Source: Minisyncoccota bacterium
GTDB lineage: Bacteria > Patescibacteriota > Minisyncoccia > Minisyncoccales > RBG-13-42-11
Direction of reading: 5' to 3'
Assembly: GCA_016782605.1 (NCBI GenBank)
Contig: JADHYE010000001.1
Coordinates: 11,128 to 75,127 of the forward strand
Length of the DNA stretch: 64,000 nucleotides
Position 1 is the stretch's first letter; every line of letters starts with the position of its first letter. The position numbers and the translations under genes are program-made. Shown here piece after piece: positions 43,742 through 54,269 of the stretch. A model generated the notes under the pieces. It was not told where the DNA came from and ran no database searches. It worked only from the letters and a program-made list of their open reading frames with translations.

Positions 43742-44790
43742 CTTGGCGGTTCCAAATATTCTGTTTCAACTAATACTTCGTGAAGCTGATCAAGGTTTTC
43801 CAATACCATGCCTGCTCCCCTAACCACAGCTGTTGTCGGGTCTTCAATAACCTTGGTCGGAATCTTGGTTTCTTTTTGAATTAGAGTAGCCAACCCCCTT
43901 AAAAGAGAGCCGCCCCCTGCCATCTGAATCCCTGAAACCATGATATCAGCCAGTAATTCTGGCGGAGTTTCCTCGACAGCTGTTTTCGTTTCGGCAATTA
44001 TCTGTTTTATTGATTTTTCCAAAGCTTTTCTGATATCCTCGTCAGAAACTAGAATTTCCTCGGGCAATCCCGTTACCAAATTCCTCCCCCTCATTGGCAA
44101 CTGCTTTTTCTCTTTTAAAGGATAAGCTGAACCTATTATTATTTTAAGCATTTCTGCTGTTCTTTCGCCGATCAGCAGCTTGTATTCATCTTGGGCGAAC
44201 TGAATAATGTCCTGGTTTAATCTGTCTCCGGCAATCCGGAGAGTTTTTGACAAAACTATTCCTCCCAGAGAAATCACGGCAATATCCGTTGTCCCTCCGC
44301 CAATATCAACTATAAGGTTTCCTCCTGCTTCTTGTATGGGTAAACGAGCGCCCAAAGCTGCAGCCATGGGTTCCTCAATAATGAATACCTCCCTGGCACC
44401 TGCGTTCTTAGCTGCATCAGAAACAGCTTTTTTCTCAACTTCTGTTACTCCGCAGGGAATGCCGATAATCACCCTGGGCCTTGGATTCAAAAGAAACTTT
44501 TTCTGGTGCGCTTTATCAATAAAATACTTTAACATCTGCTCTGTTACTTCAAAATTAGAAACAACGCCGGAAACCAAAGGCCTGGTGGCCACAATATGGG
44601 CTGGCGTACGGCCTACCATTTTCTTTGCTTCATCTCCAATAGCCAAAACCTGGCCTGTTTTCTGATTTATGGCAACAACCGAAGGCTCAGTAATAATGAT
44701 TCCCCTACCCCGAACGTAAACCCGAGAATTAGCTGTTCCTAAATCAATAGCAATATCTTCTGAAAGTATTCTCCAGAGTTTATTAAACAT
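43738..44790 (-). CDS. mreB: rod-shape protein MreB
   Basis: 350 aa actin-fold ATPase; DLGTANSRVYV. Confidence 0.9.
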   Translation of the reverse strand: MFNKLWRILSEDIAIDLGTANSRVYVRGRGIIITEPSVVAINQKTGQVLAIGDEAKKMVGRTPAHIVATRPLVSGVVSNFEVTEQMLKYFIDKAHQKKFLLNPRPRVIIGIPCGVTEVEKKAVSDAAKNAGAREVFIIEEPMAAALGARLPIQEAGGNLIVDIGGGTTDIAVISLGGIVLSKTLRIAGDRLNQDIIQFAQDEYKLLIGERTAEMLKIIIGSAYPLKEKKQLPMRGRNLVTGLPEEILVSDEDIRKALEKSIKQIIAETKTAVEETPPELLADIMVSGIQMAGGGSLLRGLATLIQKETKIPTKVIEDPTTAVVRGAGMVLENLDQLHEVLVETEYLEPPR

Positions 44791-46033
44791 AATTATTTAA
44801 AAATTTACCTAAGTCTTTGATTTTCATCAACTTTGTTTCTTTTTTGTCCCTGAATTTTAATTCAACGGAATTCACCTTCAATGTCCTTTCGCTGACAACG
44901 ATTCTTAAGGGCAAACCGATCAAGTCAGCATCAACGAATTTTTCACCAACGCTCTTATCCTGCCTATCGTCATATAATACTTCAATTCCCTGCTTTTGAA
45001 AATTCTCATATAAACCAAAAGCTGCTTTGCTAACTTTCTGATTGTTTTCTACCTGAATTAGATGAATTAAGAAAGGAGCAACTTCTTTCGGCCAAATAAT
45101 GCCTTTATCGTCATGATTAATTTCGACAATAGCTCCCATTAATCTGCTCAAGCCTATTCCATAACAACCCATGGAAACAAGCTTTTCTTTTTTATCCTTT
45201 CCAACAAAATTAAGATTAAAAACCTTAGAAAACTTGTCTTTTAATTGGAAAATGTTTCCTATCTCAATCGCTTTTTCAACTGATAAAGACTTATTGCCGC
45301 ATTTCGGGCATTTATTCTTTTCCTGCTTGATTATTTCCTTATTTACGGCCAATCTACACTTCTTACAAAGAAAGATTTCGTCTTCGCCAAAAGGCGTCAC
45401 TGTCTGAAATTCATGGGAATACTTGGAAAAGGTACCACCGGCAGCCAGGGTCAAAAATGTCTTGGTGCTTAAACCGCATTTATCAAATATATTAAAGTAA
45501 GCTTTTTTCATTTTCTCGTAATAACCATCAAGGTCTTTTTCATCGGCGTGGAAAGAATATAAATCTTTCATCAAAAACTCCACTCCCCTTAAAAGTCCTG
45601 ATTTCACCCGTAATTCATCTCGAAACTTATCCTGAATCTGATAAGCATAAAAAGGCAGGTCTTTGTACGAGTTAATAAATTCTTTGACTAAGGGAGTAAT
45701 GATTTCCTCGTGAGTCCAGCCAAGGGAAAAGTCTTTGTCTGAACGGTTTTTCAATTTAAACATTTCAGGATACTTCCATCTGCCTGTCGTTTCCCAATTC
45801 TTCTTAGAATGCAAAGCTGGCATTAAAATCTCCTGACCACCAACTGAATTCATTTCATTACGGATAATCTCTTCAATCTTTTTTTGGACCAAAAATCCCA
45901 AAGGTAAAAATGTATATACCCCCGCCATTAATTTACGGACAAAGCCGCCTCTTGTCAAAAACTTGGCATTAATGCTCTGCTCGTCTTTTGGCGCTTCCCT
46001 GATTGTTTTTGTGAAAAGTTGAGATTGTTTCAT
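44783..46033 (-). CDS. proS: prolyl-tRNA synthetase (short form with inserted CxxC..CxxC zinc ribbon)
   Basis: 416 aa; class II core; CKKCR..CPKCG. Confidence 0.85.
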   Translation of the reverse strand: MKQSQLFTKTIREAPKDEQSINAKFLTRGGFVRKLMAGVYTFLPLGFLVQKKIEEIIRNEMNSVGGQEILMPALHSKKNWETTGRWKYPEMFKLKNRSDKDFSLGWTHEEIITPLVKEFINSYKDLPFYAYQIQDKFRDELRVKSGLLRGVEFLMKDLYSFHADEKDLDGYYEKMKKAYFNIFDKCGLSTKTFLTLAAGGTFSKYSHEFQTVTPFGEDEIFLCKKCRLAVNKEIIKQEKNKCPKCGNKSLSVEKAIEIGNIFQLKDKFSKVFNLNFVGKDKKEKLVSMGCYGIGLSRLMGAIVEINHDDKGIIWPKEVAPFLIHLIQVENNQKVSKAAFGLYENFQKQGIEVLYDDRQDKSVGEKFVDADLIGLPLRIVVSERTLKVNSVELKFRDKKETKLMKIKDLGKFLNNYV

Positions 46034-46035
46034 AA

Positions 46036-47112
46036 TTAAAATAATCTGGCAACGTCTTTTATCGTCACCAAAACCATTAATAAAAGTAATAAACTGAAAA
46101 ATACAGCTGTTATGTTCTGCTCCACTTTTTCGCTAATCGGCCTTCTCCTGATAGCTTCAATCCCCAGAAATAATATCTTGCCTCCGTCAACTGCTGGAAT
46201 GGGCAGAATATTGAAAATAGCGATATAAATGGCCACTATGCCGACAAATTGCAGAAAATAATTCGTTCCCATCTGGCTAGCCTGAGTAAAAAGATGAACG
46301 ACCCCTACCGGACCCATCAGTTCAACTCCCGAAGACTGGCCTTGAACAATATTGCTTATCACTTGGCCGTAACCTTTAATTATTGCTCCTGTCATATTAA
46401 CCGTTGCCACCAATCCCTGCCAAGGAGCCTGGTACCAGGAAAAAGACTGCATTGCTGTTCTGACTAAAGCTACGCCCAAAGGACCTTCTCCTGCTGGCGG
46501 CGAAACTCGAGGTACGACTTTGACGTCAAAAACTTCATTCCCCCTTTCAACCGTCAAAACAATCTCTTCTCCTAAATGAGTATTACTGAACTCCTGCACT
46601 TCCCGTATTTTACCAACAGCCAATTGCTCCTCGCTAATTGCCATTCCTTTTATCGTATCCCCAGGTTGTAAGCCAGCAAGTTTTGCCGGAGAGCCAGCAG
46701 AAATGCTAGCAATCTGCACTCTTGGATTAACTAAACCAGAAGCTTCATCGTCTACAGCCACTGCTGTTCCTAAATTGAAAACAATAGCAAATAGAATTGC
46801 TGCCACTATCCAAAAAGAAAGCACTCCGGCAAAAGCAATTAAAGCCCTTTTCCAGACAGCCTGACCTGAAAAACTGCGAGGGTCATTTACCTGACCTATT
46901 TCGCCCGGCATTTTTACGAAAGCACCTAGGGGCAGAAGATTTAAAGAATAAATAGTATCGCCAATTTTTTTTCCGAATATCCTGGGAGGGAAACCTATGC
47001 CAAATTCTTCAACTTTTACTCCGAATTTCTTTGCTACGATAAAATGGCCGAATTCGTGAAGAGTTACTAGCCCTATTAAGCTTAAAGAAGCGATAAGAAT
47101 TGTTAAAAACAT
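46036..47112 (-). CDS. rseP: site-2 protease RseP (M50 family)
   Basis: HEFGHFIVAKKFGV HExxH motif, PDZ segment, multi-TM. Confidence 0.8.
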   Translation of the reverse strand: MFLTILIASLSLIGLVTLHEFGHFIVAKKFGVKVEEFGIGFPPRIFGKKIGDTIYSLNLLPLGAFVKMPGEIGQVNDPRSFSGQAVWKRALIAFAGVLSFWIVAAILFAIVFNLGTAVAVDDEASGLVNPRVQIASISAGSPAKLAGLQPGDTIKGMAISEEQLAVGKIREVQEFSNTHLGEEIVLTVERGNEVFDVKVVPRVSPPAGEGPLGVALVRTAMQSFSWYQAPWQGLVATVNMTGAIIKGYGQVISNIVQGQSSGVELMGPVGVVHLFTQASQMGTNYFLQFVGIVAIYIAIFNILPIPAVDGGKILFLGIEAIRRRPISEKVEQNITAVFFSLLLLLMVLVTIKDVARLF

Positions 47113-47113
47113 A

Positions 47114-47245
47114 CCCTGTATATCAACATCCAGGCATTTTCAATGCGAAAACACCCTGAAGATTGTCTTTATTTAATAATATATTTAACATAATAACTTT
47201 GTTTGAGATTTTAATACGAAGTATTCTGGATGTTGTATCACGGGG
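47114..47245 (+). mobile_element. Family-1 element, copy 5 (flanked by CATA)
   Basis: abuts the rseP ATG and fills the frr-rseP spacer. Confidence 0.85.
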
Positions 47246-47249
47246 CATA

Positions 47250-47810
47250 TTATTCTGATATTTCTTTTTTCTTATTCTCTCCCATTTCTTCTATCTTTTT
47301 ATTGTAATCGTCAACCAACTCCTGAAGCTCGTCTTTAGCCCGGAACTTGTCATCCTCCCTGATTTCTCCCTGTTTTGTTTTATCCTGGATTTCACTCCAA
47401 ACCTCTTCCCTCCACTTTCTAATAGTCCTTCTTGACTGTTCTTCTTTTTCCGCAATGGTCCTGGTTAAATTCTTCCTGTATTCTTCGTTCAAAGGCGGCA
47501 AATTAATCCTGACTGCATCCTTGTCAACAATTGGATTAGCGCCGATTCCCGTCTTTTCCAAAGCTGAAACAATGCCTTCGATATAAGACTTATCCCAAGG
47601 CTGAATTAAAATCTGCTTTGCCTCAGGTGTAGAAATGGCAGCCAATTGTTTTAAAGGAAACTTCTGGCCGAAACAGTCAACAACAACATCCTCCACCAAA
47701 GAAGGCGTTGCCCTGCTGGTACGAATCTTATTCATTTCCTTTTCTAAAAAGCCGATTACCTTGTCTAATTCCGGTTTAATATTTTGAATGATTGTTTTGT
47801 AGCTATCCAT
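47250..47810 (-). CDS. frr: ribosome recycling factor
   Basis: 186 aa RRF-like. Confidence 0.9.
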   Translation of the reverse strand: MDSYKTIIQNIKPELDKVIGFLEKEMNKIRTSRATPSLVEDVVVDCFGQKFPLKQLAAISTPEAKQILIQPWDKSYIEGIVSALEKTGIGANPIVDKDAVRINLPPLNEEYRKNLTRTIAEKEEQSRRTIRKWREEVWSEIQDKTKQGEIREDDKFRAKDELQELVDDYNKKIEEMGENKKKEISE

Positions 47811-47811
47811 A

Positions 47812-47943
47812 CCCTGTGTATCAACATCCAGGCATTTTCAATGCGAAAACATCCTGAAGATTGTTTTTATTTAATAATATATTTAACATAATAACTTTGT
47901 TTGAGATTTTAATACGAAGTATTCTGGATGTTGTATTACGGGG
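47812..47943 (+). mobile_element. Family-1 element, copy 6 (flanked by CATA)
   Basis: abuts the frr ATG and fills the holB-frr spacer. Confidence 0.85.
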
Positions 47944-47951
47944 CATAAAAA

Positions 47952-48842
47952 TTACATTTCCATTACCAGTCTTTCCAGAGCCAATCTGGCGTTAACATTG
48001 GTCTGGGCAAGCAGTAATTTTGTCGTTTGAATTAGATTAATAATATTTTTTAATTTATCAGCTGAATAACTTTTAAAGCTAATATCGGAATTGCCAGAAG
48101 AAAAACGGGCAAGCAGAATGTCCCTGAAATAATTAAGCCAGACATCCAGGGTTTTTTGCGTTTCTATCGGCTCTTCGCTCAAATCTTTTACGTACTGGAA
48201 ACGGGAATAAAGCATTGATTTTGAAAGATTTTTAACTTCTTCTATTTTTTTCTTGAACGCTCCAACCGCTTTTTTATCGGAAACGAAATCCATAACCAGT
48301 CCCGGTTTCCCAGAAGAAATGGAAGAAAGCTCTTCTGCCTCTTTTTTCAAAAACCCTTTGTCTAATAGATAGCGATTGATTTCTTCTTCTTTGACCGGAT
48401 TAAACTTTACAACCTGAACGCGGGAAAGAATGGTCGGTAAAAGATAATGTATTTTGTCGCTGATTAAGATTAAAACGCTGTCACCCCTCGGCTCTTCCAA
48501 TGTTTTTAAAAGCGCTGTCTGTGCCTCCTGATTCATTAAGTGGGCATTATCTATAACAGCTGCTTTCACCGAATTAAAAGAGCTTTTAAGCGAAAATCTG
48601 CGAATCAAATCCCTTATCTGGGAAATCTTTATCTCTTTTTCCTCAGGCGTAACAAGAACAAAATCTGGATGATTGCCAAAATCCTTACTGACTTTATCGC
48701 CAAAAAGCAGCGAAACCCATTGTAAAGCCAAAGTCCTTTTCCCTAATTTTTCGGAACCGGCAAATAAATAAGCGTGGGAAAAAGTCTTAGTCTCAGCCAA
48801 TTTTTTCAAAAGATTCCATTGTTTTTGGTGTCCGACCAACAT
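47952..48842 (-). CDS. holB: DNA polymerase III delta-prime subunit
   Basis: 296 aa; AAA+ clamp-loader N-terminus HAYLFAGSEKLGKRTLA. Confidence 0.65.
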   Translation of the reverse strand: MLVGHQKQWNLLKKLAETKTFSHAYLFAGSEKLGKRTLALQWVSLLFGDKVSKDFGNHPDFVLVTPEEKEIKISQIRDLIRRFSLKSSFNSVKAAVIDNAHLMNQEAQTALLKTLEEPRGDSVLILISDKIHYLLPTILSRVQVVKFNPVKEEEINRYLLDKGFLKKEAEELSSISSGKPGLVMDFVSDKKAVGAFKKKIEEVKNLSKSMLYSRFQYVKDLSEEPIETQKTLDVWLNYFRDILLARFSSGNSDISFKSYSADKLKNIINLIQTTKLLLAQTNVNARLALERLVMEM

Positions 48843-48845
48843 AGC

Positions 48846-49847
48846 TTATCTTTTATTCATTATGCTCTTTTTGTAAACATCAAGGTTTTCCAAAACTACG
48901 CCCGTTCCTTTGGCCACGCAAAGCAAAGGGTCTTCAGCCAGAAAGCAAGGGACGCCTGTTTCCCGGGAAATCATTTCTGTAATATTTCTTAACAATGCGC
49001 CGCCACCAGAAACGATCATGCCTTTGTCGATTATGTCGGCTGACAATTCAGGCGGCGTATCCCTTAATACAGTTTTAATAACATGGATAATATCTCCCAA
49101 GATTTCAGAGATCGCTTCGGCAATTTCGTTGGAAGAAATTTTAACTGTCCGGGGCAAACCGGAAACCAAATCCCTGCCGCGAATTTCTATAAATCTTGGC
49201 TCTTTTTCCGGTATAGCTGTACCTATTTTCATTTTAACCTCCTCTGCTGTCTGTTCTCCGATAGCTAAATTGTATTTTTTCTTTATATAATCTGAAATGG
49301 CAAAATCCATTTTGTCTCCGCCGATCCTGATAGAATTACAAGTGACTATTCCCCCCAAAGATATGACAGCTATTTCAGAAGTCCCGCCGCCGATATCAAC
49401 AATCATATTGCCAGAACAGGAATTAATCGGAATGCCAGCGCCAATGGCTGCTAAAATCGGCTCTTTTGCCAAATATGCCTGTTTGGCACCCGCATTCAAA
49501 GCAGCTTCAATTACCGCTCTTTTCTCGGTTGAGGTAATGCCAGCTGGCACGCCTATCATTAATTCAGGTTTTAAGAAACGCCAAAAACCGCATACTTTAT
49601 CAATAAAATGCCTTAGCATTGCCTGAGTCACCCTGAAATCAGCAATCACCCCGTCTTTTAAAGGACGATAAACCCTAATTGTGTCTGGAGTACGACCGAT
49701 CATTTCTTTTGCTTCTTCCCCGATTGCCAGAATTCTGTTCTCTTCTAGGGCAACAGCAACAACTGAAGGCTCTTGCAAAACCACTCCTTTACCGGGAAGA
49801 AAAACCAAAGAATTGGCAGTACCCAAATCTATACCTATTTTTCTCAT
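48846..49847 (-). CDS. second MreB-like actin homolog
   Basis: 333 aa; IGIDLGTANSLVF; paralog of the 43738..44790 gene. Confidence 0.8.
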   Translation of the reverse strand: MRKIGIDLGTANSLVFLPGKGVVLQEPSVVAVALEENRILAIGEEAKEMIGRTPDTIRVYRPLKDGVIADFRVTQAMLRHFIDKVCGFWRFLKPELMIGVPAGITSTEKRAVIEAALNAGAKQAYLAKEPILAAIGAGIPINSCSGNMIVDIGGGTSEIAVISLGGIVTCNSIRIGGDKMDFAISDYIKKKYNLAIGEQTAEEVKMKIGTAIPEKEPRFIEIRGRDLVSGLPRTVKISSNEIAEAISEILGDIIHVIKTVLRDTPPELSADIIDKGMIVSGGGALLRNITEMISRETGVPCFLAEDPLLCVAKGTGVVLENLDVYKKSIMNKR

Positions 49848-49877
49848 AAATATATTAACAATTAATTCAAATCTATC

Positions 49878-51074
49878 TTATCTTAATTCCCGTCTTTTGA
49901 CAAATATACCAACTATCAAAACTACAATAACTACGAAAATACCGCCGAAAATAAACACTAAATCATATCCCAGAAAACCAATAAGCAAGCCGGAAACCAA
50001 AGCTCCTAAAGCAACGCCTAAAGGAGCAAAAACAGTATCAATGGCACTGGCTTCTTCCGGCTCTGTCTTAAAGCTTCTGGAGACCAATCCTGAACGGCCA
50101 GAATTGCAAATTAAAGCGCCAGCAGAACGTAAAACATTAATCAGCAAAACGCTGAAAAAATTCAAAAAGCCACTAGCTAGACCAAAGACAATCGATAATA
50201 GTCCAGCAATTAATCCGCCCCGAAAAATACTTGCTCTACTATTGCTCTTTTCTAAATATTTAATAAGTAAGAAAGATAAGGGAAGAAACAAAACTGAAAA
50301 AACTGAAATAAAAATCAGAATTAAATTCTGCGACCAGACCAATTGCTCTTTTAAAAATAAAACGAAGAAAGCATGGTAAAAACCGGCCAAAAGCAAAACG
50401 GAAAAAGAAATCAAAAGAAAAGGCAGAATACTTCTCTTTTTTAAAAGTTGAAAAATCTTTTGGTAGTTATTCTGGGAATCCCTGACCTTAAAGCCTGCAT
50501 CCGTTAAAGTTCTCGCTGGTTTCCTTAGTTTAAAAAAGCAAAAAAAGGCGGTAAAAAGATGAAGTGCCATGCTTAAAATAAACACGCCGACAAAATTAAA
50601 CTGCCAGACAAAAAAAGCGCCGATAGCCGGAGCAATGGCATCAGCATAAAAAGGAGCAGAATAAAACCAACCGAAAGACCTGTCAGCATTCTCTAAAGGA
50701 AAACCCATTAAAATAGACCTAATTGAAACAAAAAACAAGGCAGCAGAAACCCCTAGCAAAACCTGCCAGAAATAAAACAATGCCTGGTTTTGAATTAAAA
50801 TCATACCCAGAGCGTAAAGAGCGTAACCAAAAATTCCAATAGCTGAAAGTATGGCCGGATTAATCTTGTGATTCAAAAAACCGGCAATCGGAGCGAATAA
50901 AGCAAGAGGCAAATAAATAAGCAGAAAAGCATAACCAACCTCAGGTAAAGACAAACCACGAGTAACCAAAAACAAAGGGAAATACAAAGAAAATGTTTTG
51001 TAGCCAAACAATAAAAAGAAATGGACTATGGTTGCGTCCATGGTTATCTTTTCTATCTTGGGAATGAAAAACAT
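49878..51074 (-). CDS. MFS-type transporter
   Basis: 398 aa; about 12 predicted TM helices. Confidence 0.5.
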   Translation of the reverse strand: MFFIPKIEKITMDATIVHFFLLFGYKTFSLYFPLFLVTRGLSLPEVGYAFLLIYLPLALFAPIAGFLNHKINPAILSAIGIFGYALYALGMILIQNQALFYFWQVLLGVSAALFFVSIRSILMGFPLENADRSFGWFYSAPFYADAIAPAIGAFFVWQFNFVGVFILSMALHLFTAFFCFFKLRKPARTLTDAGFKVRDSQNNYQKIFQLLKKRSILPFLLISFSVLLLAGFYHAFFVLFLKEQLVWSQNLILIFISVFSVLFLPLSFLLIKYLEKSNSRASIFRGGLIAGLLSIVFGLASGFLNFFSVLLINVLRSAGALICNSGRSGLVSRSFKTEPEEASAIDTVFAPLGVALGALVSGLLIGFLGYDLVFIFGGIFVVIVVLIVGIFVKRRELR

Positions 51075-51090
51075 ATTCAGTTATTCTAGC

Positions 51091-51129
51091 AAAAAAAATA
51101 GCGGGTAGCCATTACAATTGACTACCCGC
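51091..51129 (-). terminator. intrinsic terminator after the TPR gene
   Basis: GCGGGTAG..CTACCCGC stem followed by TATTTTTTTT on the minus strand. Confidence 0.6.
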
Positions 51130-51134
51130 ACTGC

Positions 51135-51893
51135 TCACAGAGCAGATAACTTCTCCTCAACTCCACTGATGTGGAATTTAGCACTCAGCCCAGTCTCCTT
51201 CTGAGACCTCTCATATAACTTTATGGCCGTTCTGTACTCCGTCTTTGCTCTTCGTGTCTCTCCGATTTCCCTAAGGGCATCGGCCTTGTTCTGTTTGGCA
51301 TGCCCCGCTGTTCGGAGATCTCCCTTTGCCAAAGCAGTCTTATGCACCTTTTCGCACACTTGAACACTCTCAGCGAACCTTCCCTCACGACGAAGGGTAA
51401 TGGCCTTGGTATTCCAAACCGATGGCTCTTCGGAGAATGATGCAACAGCCTTATTGATAACTGACCAAGTCTCTGGCTTTTTATCTAAAAGCCAAAGTGC
51501 CAAGGGCAGCCCATTCAAACAGGAAATTTTCCTGCTTTTGTTTCTGGTATTAAGAGCTTCCCGAAACGAAAGCTCTGCTAGTTTAAGGTTGCCCTTCCTG
51601 GTTGCGACCGGGCCTTTGATTGAGATATAATAGTAATCCCATCCCAATATCCGGTTAGCCTCGGCAATCTCTTCTTTGCCGGTTAAACTTACTTTGTTCT
51701 TCTTGATCAAGGCAACTGACTCATCATATTTACCATCTGCATACAATTTCTTAGCCAGTTTCAAGATCTTTTGGGCCGGCATCGCTTTGGCAATTTCCTG
51801 CTCTTTTTTAAAGAACAGATAAACCATTGCATTGCAACCGGTAACAAAGCCCAATAGCAAGATAAATCCTGCTGAAAGAAAAAACTCTGCCAT
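51135..51893 (-). CDS. TPR-repeat protein with N-terminal TM helix
   Basis: 252 aa; tetratricopeptide-like repeats. Confidence 0.5.
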   Translation of the reverse strand: MAEFFLSAGFILLLGFVTGCNAMVYLFFKKEQEIAKAMPAQKILKLAKKLYADGKYDESVALIKKNKVSLTGKEEIAEANRILGWDYYYISIKGPVATRKGNLKLAELSFREALNTRNKSRKISCLNGLPLALWLLDKKPETWSVINKAVASFSEEPSVWNTKAITLRREGRFAESVQVCEKVHKTALAKGDLRTAGHAKQNKADALREIGETRRAKTEYRTAIKLYERSQKETGLSAKFHISGVEEKLSAL

Positions 51894-52192
51894 CTCGGCA
51901 CCTCCTTTCTTTATTTCTTATCTTTCGTTAATATATTAATCAAATCCTTACCTTGCAGGATATAATATGAATTCAACCTCCATCTCTCTTCTCTGCTCCT
52001 CACCATATATATCAACCCATATTGGACATAAAATGAACCACCGCTCCCCTCCTTCTACAATCACATATATTACCACGCTCTTTCCAAAATGTCAACCCCA
52101 TTAGAAGTCCGCCTTGCCGGAGGCATGGCGACAGCCACCAAGGGGGCAGCTTACTTCTAACGGAGTCAAGATTGAGGTATAATAATCATATG

Positions 52193-52264
52193 CCAGGTAG
52201 TGAAAATTCAACCACTGCCGCGGCAGTGAAAAAAATAATAATTTGTCGAATTTCTACTACCTAG
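52193..52264 (-). mobile_element. Family-2 element, copy C, inverted relative to copies A and B and abutting a plus-strand gene (flanked by TATG)
   Basis: ccaggtagtgaaaattcaac cactgccgcggcagtg ... tcgaatttctactacctag; the ATG at 52266. Confidence 0.75.
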
Positions 52265-52265
52265 T

Positions 52266-53570
52266 ATGACCAAAAAGACAAAAACAATACTGTTTTTAGC
52301 CTGCTTACTTGCATTCATCCTGTTAGCTCCCTCAATAGTCCTGTACTCCCAAGGATACAGAATTGATTTTAATCCTCCAGAAGGCGGAAAAATGATTACC
52401 CAAACCGGAGGCCTTTTTTTGAAAGTCACGCCCAAACAAACAGATATTTATATTGACGGCAAACCTAAAAAAAGAACTGATTTTCTATTCGGTTCTGTTT
52501 TAATTGAAAACCTCATTCCTGGAAAGTACAAAGTAGAAATCAAAAAATTAACCAGCCAGGAAGAATACTATCCCTGGGAGAAAAACCTGGAAATACGGGA
52601 AAAACAGGTAACTGAAGCCAAGAACGTTGTCCTTTTCCCGAAAAACGTTAATTTCAACGTCTTATCAACCAACGTAGAACAGCTTTGGCTTTCTCTGGAC
52701 CAAAAGAAACTAATCTTAAAGGAAAATGAAAAAGCCAGCTGGTCCTTAAAGCTTTACGACCCGGAAAAGAATATAAAAAGCTATTTAATAAGCGACGAGG
52801 ATTTCTTCACGAAAGAACCCCAATTAATCAATCTGAAATTCTCGGGAGACTCAAGAAGTATTAATCTGGAAGTCAGCATAAAAGAAGCAATACAATCTTT
52901 TTCTCTGCAACTTGACCAAGCAAAACCAACTTTAAATAAAAAAACAGCAGCCACAACGACAACTGGAAACGCTGCTATCTCGCAACAAGCAGGCAATGAT
53001 ATATATTATCTGGACAGTTTCGGCTATCTTTTCAGGAATAAAGAAAAGCTGGCAGAAACTCCCTTTCAAACAAAACAAGAAACAGAATATGCTTTAGATA
53101 TTTTCAACGGCAACATATTCTTAAAAGAAAACGACAAACTGTACAAATTCAATTACAATCTGAAAACATTTGAACATTTCTTTGACGGAATCAATATCTT
53201 AAAGCTTTCTCCGGACAATAAAAAACTGCTTTACGCTTCAAACAATGAAATGTGGATTCTTTTCCTGGAAGACAAAATCGACCAGCCGCAGAAAAAATCA
53301 GGAGAGAAAATCTTTTTAATCCGCTTATCAGACCAAATCACAAGCATCTCCTGGATAAACGACAATTACCTGGCTTTTCTTGCCGGCAATACCGTTAAAA
53401 TCATTGAAATAGACGACAGGGACAGAATAAACGTTATAGACATCTTTGAAACAAAAAACCTCCCTCAAGAAGGAAGCATTAATGAAATGTCCTGGAACAG
53501 GTTTGACAATAAAATCTATCTCTTGGACGAAAACGGCTATTTATATAGCTCTAACGTCCTGCTCCCGTAA
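52266..53570 (+). CDS. hypothetical secreted or anchored protein (N-terminal TM, PEGA-like segment, beta-rich C-terminal region)
   Basis: 434 aa; no family recognised. Confidence 0.4.
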   Translation: MTKKTKTILFLACLLAFILLAPSIVLYSQGYRIDFNPPEGGKMITQTGGLFLKVTPKQTDIYIDGKPKKRTDFLFGSVLIENLIPGKYKVEIKKLTSQEEYYPWEKNLEIREKQVTEAKNVVLFPKNVNFNVLSTNVEQLWLSLDQKKLILKENEKASWSLKLYDPEKNIKSYLISDEDFFTKEPQLINLKFSGDSRSINLEVSIKEAIQSFSLQLDQAKPTLNKKTAATTTTGNAAISQQAGNDIYYLDSFGYLFRNKEKLAETPFQTKQETEYALDIFNGNIFLKENDKLYKFNYNLKTFEHFFDGINILKLSPDNKKLLYASNNEMWILFLEDKIDQPQKKSGEKIFLIRLSDQITSISWINDNYLAFLAGNTVKIIEIDDRDRINVIDIFETKNLPQEGSINEMSWNRFDNKIYLLDENGYLYSSNVLLP

Positions 53571-54269
53571 TTTGATTTTCTTTTTAAAAGCTTCCCAGCC
53601 CATTTCTCCGGTATTGGCTATAACGCAAACTTCCTTGAACTGGCAATAACGACACTGCCAATTATCGGGGTAATCCGATAATCTGTCGGGAATAACGTTC
53701 TTATCAATCTTCTTTCTAATACCAGCCAAAAAGTCCAAAAGAGAAAGGGCGCATTTTTTATCGTATTTTACGACAAAATCCTTCAGCTGCTGGTTATCTT
53801 TATTAACGTAAAGCAGTATTCCTTTAGGAATCTTAAAATAATGGAGATAAAGCTGAAGCTGAGCAATATTTTCCTCCTTTGGCTCAGTTAACTTACCAAA
53901 AATCATGCTGTTCATACTTTTAATATCCAAAACATATAGTTCCTTGCCATCGCTGATTATGGCATCAGCCCTGCCTGAAATCAGTTCCTGAGGAGGAATA
54001 TTAACTTCGGCAGCCACCACATGGATTTCCCTGGTGCTCAAAAGCGGCTTCATAATAAGCTGATGGATGTGGTCGCCATGGTCAAACAGCCTTAGAATAT
54101 TGGCCTCCATCTCCTTTCTGGGAACATTCTTGAACTTAAAAAACAAAGCTCTGCCGCATTTGCCTGCGTCAGTAATATAAAAGTGATGCTGCTCTTTATC
54201 TCTTTGCCTGTCCAAATAGAATTTATCGATTATATCTTTAAGAAACATAGAGTTTATCTCTTCTGCCAC
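53541..54269 (-). CDS. Cas4-like PD-(D/E)xK nuclease with 4Fe-4S cysteine cluster, stand-alone
   Basis: N-terminal Cys (ITDAGKCGRALFF); GDHIHQ; D..ELYVLDIK; QLQLYLHYF; C-terminal CRYCQFKEVC (Cx2Cx5C); overlaps the rpsI stop by 16 nt. Confidence 0.6.
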   Translation of the reverse strand: MAEEINSMFLKDIIDKFYLDRQRDKEQHHFYITDAGKCGRALFFKFKNVPRKEMEANILRLFDHGDHIHQLIMKPLLSTREIHVVAAEVNIPPQELISGRADAIISDGKELYVLDIKSMNSMIFGKLTEPKEENIAQLQLYLHYFKIPKGILLYVNKDNQQLKDFVVKYDKKCALSLLDFLAGIRKKIDKNVIPDRLSDYPDNWQCRYCQFKEVCVIANTGEMGWEAFKKKIKLREQDVRAI

